DNA of 64,000 nt from Coprothermobacterota bacterium (GTDB taxonomy: Bacteria; Coprothermobacterota; Coprothermobacteria; Coprothermobacterales; Coprothermobacteraceae). Position 1 is the stretch's first letter. Every line of letters begins with the position of its first letter. Both the position numbers and the translations under genes were made by a program. Positions 59,597 through 64,000 of this stretch are shown piece by piece. The stretch is from assembly GCA_036679065.1 (NCBI GenBank), contig JAZIGN010000001.1, positions 160,001 through 224,000 of the forward strand, in the 5' to 3' direction. The notes beneath the pieces were generated by a model, which was not told the DNA's origin, made no database searches, and saw nothing but the letters and a program-made list of their open reading frames with translations.

Positions 59597-61269
59597 GGGC
59601 TAGTAAGTTTTTTTACAAGACGCTCAGAGAAGATCCTAAGGATGCGGAAGCTACTTCTCACAAGCTTCTTATTAGGGCTTCCATGATAAAACAAATCGCA
59701 TCAGGTGTATACGCATTTTTACCTTTTGGCCACAAGGTTCTTAAGAAAATTGAGACTGTGGTTCGAGAAGAAATGGACAGAATTGGTGGCCAAGAGATGA
59801 CCATGTCCATCATGATGCCGGCAGAAATGTGGAAGAAAACTGGACGATGGGAGCTCTACGGTGACGACATGATTAAGTTTAAAGATAGAAAAGAACAAGA
59901 TTTTTGTTTAGGACCTACTCATGAGGAACAGATTACTACCTTGGCTGGGCAACTGATTTCCTCCTACAAACAACTTCCTCAGCTGGTTTATCAAATTCAG
60001 ACAAAATTTCGTGACGAGCCTCGTCCACGATTTGGCCTTATAAGACTTAGAGAATTTGTAATGAAGGATGCTTATTCGTTCCATGACAGCGAGGAAAGTC
60101 TTAAAACAACCTATGACCAAGTTTTGAACGCCTATAAGAGAATACTTGAACGAATTGGGCTTAACTATGAAGTTGTAGCTGCAGATCCGGGCCAAATTGG
60201 TGGAACCCTTTCGCACGAGTTCATTGTTCCAGCTGAAGTAGGTGAAAGTACTGTGTTCAAGTGTGATAGCTGCGGTTACGTTGCAACTTCCGAAGTAGCC
60301 ACTTCTGTTTTGCCAGCTCCGGCCTTCTTGGAAAAACCTGCTTTAGAAAAGGTTCACACGCCTGACACTTCTTCCATTGAAGATGTAGCAGAATTTCTGC
60401 AACTGTCCAAAGAACGAATCATAAAAGCGGTCATGGTCATTGGCGATAGTCGTCCTTATATGATCTTGGTTCGTGGTGACAGAGAACTAGATGAATCGAA
60501 AATGAATAGACGTTTTACACAGTGGCGTATGATGACCGATGAGGAAATTCTCTCCATGGGCTTTATCCCAGGTTTTGTGGGTCCCAGAGAAGGCATAAAT
60601 GAAATTACCATTCTTAAAGATAAGTCACTGGAGTCATTGGACTGGGGTGTTATCGGAGCCAATGAACGTGATTATCACATTGTTGGCGTGGAAGTATCAG
60701 AGTTGCCCTTCCATGAAATTGTTGATCTAGCGGAAGTGGCTGAGGGAGATTTGTGCCCTCAGTGCGGTAGTCCTCTTCGGAGCTTTACAGGTTTGGAAGT
60801 AGGCCACATCTTCAGACTAGGCACCCGTTATTCCGAGCCCCTGGAAGCTTTCTATCATTCCGAAGATGGTGAGAGGAAGCCCTTTATTATGGGTTGCTAC
60901 GGAATCGGTGTTACACGTTTGGTTAGTGCAGTCATAGAACAGCATCATGATGATTTTGGAATTGTATGGCCTTGGTCAGTAGCGCCGTACCACGTGGTCA
61001 TAATCCCCATAGGAGATGTGGAAGCACAAGTTCAAGAGCTGGAAAATACTCTGTCCTCAGCTGGATTAGATGTCTTTGTTGACGACAGAGACGAACGGCC
61101 CGGTGTTAAATTCGTAGATGCCGATCTTATCGGCTTCCCTGTTCGCCTTGTTGTAAACGCGAAAAAAGAAGGCAAAGTGGAGATTAAGTTCAGGAAAACT
61201 GGAGAGACTCTGTTGGTCGGGCAAGAAGATGTCTTGGACACGGTTTTGAGAGGTGCAGTCAACCTGTGA
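59593..61269 (+). CDS. proS: Proline--tRNA ligase (with INS editing domain)
   Basis: GPTHEE, KFRDE.RPRFG, REF.MKDAYSF, GHIF.LG..YS, MGCYGIG. Confidence 0.98.
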   Translation: MRASKFFYKTLREDPKDAEATSHKLLIRASMIKQIASGVYAFLPFGHKVLKKIETVVREEMDRIGGQEMTMSIMMPAEMWKKTGRWELYGDDMIKFKDRKEQDFCLGPTHEEQITTLAGQLISSYKQLPQLVYQIQTKFRDEPRPRFGLIRLREFVMKDAYSFHDSEESLKTTYDQVLNAYKRILERIGLNYEVVAADPGQIGGTLSHEFIVPAEVGESTVFKCDSCGYVATSEVATSVLPAPAFLEKPALEKVHTPDTSSIEDVAEFLQLSKERIIKAVMVIGDSRPYMILVRGDRELDESKMNRRFTQWRMMTDEEILSMGFIPGFVGPREGINEITILKDKSLESLDWGVIGANERDYHIVGVEVSELPFHEIVDLAEVAEGDLCPQCGSPLRSFTGLEVGHIFRLGTRYSEPLEAFYHSEDGERKPFIMGCYGIGVTRLVSAVIEQHHDDFGIVWPWSVAPYHVVIIPIGDVEAQVQELENTLSSAGLDVFVDDRDERPGVKFVDADLIGFPVRLVVNAKKEGKVEIKFRKTGETLLVGQEDVLDTVLRGAVNL

Positions 61270-61904
61270 GAACAGACAGCTTCTTAGTAATAATTCCAGC
61301 TTTCAATGAAGAGAAGAACATTGGCAGAGTACTAAAGCCTTTAAGAGAAGAGAATTTACCCGTATTGGTAGTAGATGATGGTTCTACTGATAGAACAGCA
61401 TGGGTTGCATCTGATGAGAGGGTTTTGTTAATTGTATTTCCACGCAATCGCGGTAAAAGTGCCGCTGTGAAGGAAGCCTTGAGGTTCAATGTGGACAAAG
61501 TAGTCCTTTTGGACGCCGACTTAACAGGGTTAACTCGTAACCATGCACTGCAAATAAAACAGTGGATTAGCACTTACAATTGCGCCAGAATTATTCTAAA
61601 GGGTGGTAGGGCGGCCACTACATGGTCGCATATGATTAGCCCTGTATTAGCCGGTCAGCGTATTTTGCCTATGGCGGTGCTTAGGAAATTTTATGAGAGT
61701 TCAAGCGTTACTGGTTTTCAGCTGGAGGTTGCACTGGAAGATTTTTTGAAGAAGGAAGGAATAAGACAAGAGGAACTTGTTTTGGAAGGCGTAGGCCAAA
61801 TCATGAAAGAAGAGAAGCGAGGGTTTTGGCCGGGGTTAAAAGCACGCCTTAGAATGTATCTGGACATTTTGGCTTATAAACTTAGAGGGAGACCCACCAT
61901 ATAA
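61266..61904 (+). CDS. Glycosyltransferase family 2
   Basis: IIPAFNEE, VDDGSTD, NRGK, DADL. Confidence 0.88.
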   Translation: MRTDSFLVIIPAFNEEKNIGRVLKPLREENLPVLVVDDGSTDRTAWVASDERVLLIVFPRNRGKSAAVKEALRFNVDKVVLLDADLTGLTRNHALQIKQWISTYNCARIILKGGRAATTWSHMISPVLAGQRILPMAVLRKFYESSSVTGFQLEVALEDFLKKEGIRQEELVLEGVGQIMKEEKRGFWPGLKARLRMYLDILAYKLRGRPTI

Positions 61905-61932
61905 CACATCGGTTGGGTCTCCCTGTTTTTCT
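61886..61932 (+). terminator. Intrinsic terminator after the rpsB...proS-GT2 operon
   Basis: Perfect 11-bp stem AGGGAGACCCA (61886-96) / TGGGTCTCCCT (61914-24) followed by GTTTTTCT; lies between convergent genes. Confidence 0.75.
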
Positions 61933-61963
61933 CATTGATTGGTTAATTGCCTCTTTTTACCTT

Positions 61964-62227
61964 TTACTCCCTGGGTTCGATGATAAACTTGATAGCAGTT
62001 CTGTCTTCTTCTCCAATCTTTACATCGGTAAATCCTGGAATGCAAACAATGTCGATACCGTTTGGAGCTAGAAAACCTCTTGCAATAGCGATTGCCTTTG
62101 TGGCCTGGTTTACTGCACCGGCCCCAATAGCCTGTAATTCTGCTTCTCCGTGCTTTCTAATTACTTCCGCAAGCGCACCAGCGGCTTTCTTCGGATCAGT
62201 CTTCGCCGAAATCTTCAGTACTTCCAT
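61964..62227 (-). CDS. spoVS: Stage V sporulation protein S family
   Basis: MEVLKIS, AGALA, AIGAGAVNQATKAIAIARG, RTAIKF; SD AAGGAGGG. Confidence 0.95.
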   Translation of the reverse strand: MEVLKISAKTDPKKAAGALAEVIRKHGEAELQAIGAGAVNQATKAIAIARGFLAPNGIDIVCIPGFTDVKIGEEDRTAIKFIIEPRE

Positions 62228-62289
62228 GCTAGAACCCTCCTTGTATCAAAGGTTATTCTAATTATACCCCATTAGAGATTATTTCAAAC

Positions 62290-62751
62290 TTACCCTTTGC
62301 GCTTCTTGTAAGCTTGAGGAGCCCACCATGGTTCGTCCCACATTTCGGCGGCAGAACCGCCCCATGGGGCAGACACCAAGGAGGTAAACACGCCCAAACT
62401 TCCACCAATTACTGCCCCAACGACACCCAGTATGTGGGAGCCAACCCAAGCTAAGAAAATGGCTGCACCCAGTACTTGGAAAAGTTTTGGCATAGTTTGT
62501 TTTCTTATCCTCACTGTAAGAATAGCTACCAACATGGCAAGTGTCATCACTCCAAGAATAGCTGGAAATGTTATCATGTAAACGAAATCATAAAGTTCCA
62601 TGACAAGAACCAGCGCTAGTAGCCAGTACGATTTTGATTTTGTTTTTGGAGTCTGGGTGGGGCTGCTAAAGTACTGAACGAACCCACCCCAGAAGAACCA
62701 AAAGAGGTAAAGGACAATAAAGGTGATGAATATTGCAGCTACTACTTGCAT
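62290..62751 (-). CDS. Hypothetical membrane protein
   Basis: Several hydrophobic segments, basic C-terminus; TATAAT 6 nt upstream of the ATG. Confidence 0.7.
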   Translation of the reverse strand: MQVVAAIFITFIVLYLFWFFWGGFVQYFSSPTQTPKTKSKSYWLLALVLVMELYDFVYMITFPAILGVMTLAMLVAILTVRIRKQTMPKLFQVLGAAIFLAWVGSHILGVVGAVIGGSLGVFTSLVSAPWGGSAAEMWDEPWWAPQAYKKRKG

Positions 62752-62795
62752 GTTTCTATTATAACCGAAGCTCTTCAGTGAGGTGATATGAAATC

Positions 62796-63380
62796 ATGAA
62801 AATCGGTTGGGACACGTCGCATCTGGAATTCACTATAGCGGACTATTACTACTTTGGGAAGCTTAGTGATCTGCTTTTGAATAGCGGTTTTTTGGTAGAT
62901 GAAGTTAAGGATTTTGATACTTTAAATCGCTATGATACTATCGTTTTCAACTATCCAGAGAAACCTTTCAATGATGCCGAAGTAAATAAGATAGATAGTT
63001 GGGTTAGGCAAGGCAAAGTAGTGATCTTTGCAGGCTACTACAAAAACGAGGACGGAGTTGGGGAGAACATAAACGGGATAACGAAGCATTTCGGTCTTAC
63101 CTTGAATTTAAGCGAGGCGCTTGACCAGTCTAGCGAAGATCCGTACTTTGTAAACGTTGTAAGCCGAACCGGCCTAAGGGGAGTGTTTCCGTGCACAGAT
63201 ACTGTGTCAGGTGGTGAAGCTATATTGACTTCTAAGGTAGGAAACGTAGGCTGTCAGATCAAACTGGGAATGGGGAAATTGGTCTTACTTGGTAGCTGTG
63301 TATTCTGGGATTCTTTTAGTCTTCACTTAGCAGATAACGCAACCATTGCCACGAAGCTCCTAGCAGGCGAAGAAATCTAG
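62796..63380 (+). CDS. Hypothetical protein, GIFT/DUF4350-like (class I glutamine amidotransferase-like fold)
   Basis: D.SH.E N-terminus, YDTIV...PEKPF...E...I..WV..G, G.GKLVLLGS, DN; SD GAGGTGA. Confidence 0.55.
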   Translation: MKIGWDTSHLEFTIADYYYFGKLSDLLLNSGFLVDEVKDFDTLNRYDTIVFNYPEKPFNDAEVNKIDSWVRQGKVVIFAGYYKNEDGVGENINGITKHFGLTLNLSEALDQSSEDPYFVNVVSRTGLRGVFPCTDTVSGGEAILTSKVGNVGCQIKLGMGKLVLLGSCVFWDSFSLHLADNATIATKLLAGEEI

Positions 63381-63413
63381 TTTGTGTAGTGAAAGGCTTA
63401 ACGTCTTCTAATA

Positions 63414-63992
63414 TCAAGAGTACTTCCTAATGACGGCTACAACTTTGCCAACAATCTGTACTTCTTCATTAAGGGGAAGAGGCTCGTATTTTGGGTTGTC
63501 GGGTTCTAGCCACCAATTACCATATTTGTCTTGTTTCACACGCTTGACAGTAGCCATTTCGTCTATGATTGCGACTATGATGTCGCCGTTGATCCATTCG
63601 GCATCAGAGTTAACTATGACAACGTCTCCTTCCAAAATACCTGCTCCCTGCATGGAGTCGCCTTTGACTTTTAGCCCAAACTGATTAGGATTAGCGAAGA
63701 TATCTTCCATTGAAAGATAACCTTCAAGCTCTTCTACAGCTAGCGTTTTCAAACCTGCCGTTACTTTTCCTATTAAGGGTACTTCCATAGGAAGCACCAG
63801 TGAACGATGACCTGAAGTGCGTTTTATGTATCCTTTTTTTTCCAAAGCTTCTAGGTGTTTGGAAACGCCTCTTGGTGAAGATATCCCTAGAATAGTGCAC
63901 AATTCTCTAACTGTAGGAGGATAATGGTTTTGGGCGATAAATGTTCTTATAGCATCCAATACTTCTTTTTGCCGAGCTGTCAGTTCTTTCAT
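63414..63992 (-). CDS. lexA: SOS repressor LexA
   Basis: LTARQ, PPTVRE wHTH, VTAG cleavage site, GDSM (Ser), TVKR (Lys). Confidence 0.96.
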   Translation of the reverse strand: MKELTARQKEVLDAIRTFIAQNHYPPTVRELCTILGISSPRGVSKHLEALEKKGYIKRTSGHRSLVLPMEVPLIGKVTAGLKTLAVEELEGYLSMEDIFANPNQFGLKVKGDSMQGAGILEGDVVIVNSDAEWINGDIIVAIIDEMATVKRVKQDKYGNWWLEPDNPKYEPLPLNEEVQIVGKVVAVIRKYS

Positions 63993-64000
63993 ACAACAAA

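Noticed and set aside
61964..62227. spoVS (and whiA, SpoVD-like PBP) as evidence of sporulation
   Set aside because: These families are widespread in non-sporulating bacteria, and no sporulation-specific genes are in the window.

Overview
A dense block of bacterial core genome. Almost all genes lie on the + strand, many have overlapping stop/start codons, and the gene order is Firmicutes-like. The organism is probably a thermophile (branched-chain polyamine synthase BpsA, short EF-Ts); it reminds me of Coprothermobacter-like organisms, but that is an impression I cannot verify. Contents in order: end of the dcw cluster (DUF881 x2, sbp, ftsZ), a radical SAM gene, ileS-lspA-rluD-serS, a class B PBP, a PfkB-like gene, bpsA, acpS-nnr-dnaG-rpoD-uvrB, ylxM-ffh-rpsP-rimM-trmD-rplS-lepB-rnhB-yraN-comM-dprA, trmFO-xer-mtaD-MTI phosphorylase, rpiB-glyA-upp-tagO-wecB-murA-csaB, a stand-alone 5'-3' exonuclease with coaE-ogt-rapZ-whiA-rpoN, gap-pgk-tpiA-secG, rpsO-pnp-udg-rnj-mscL, rpsB-tsf-pyrH-frr-cdsA-dxr-rseP-ispG-proS, spoVS and lexA. 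I saw no mobile element, CRISPR array, rRNA or tRNA, and I cannot support a wholly new multi-gene system. The best leads are a miniaturised sigma-54 with a -24/-12-like site in its own 3' end facing gap, a polymerase-less polA-locus nuclease with a clamp-binding-like motif, a likely AUA start for coaE, a PfkB pseudokinase, an operator-like palindrome over the ylxM start, leaderless promoter geometries, and conspicuous gaps in conserved gene orders (ftsA/sepF, atp operon, topA).
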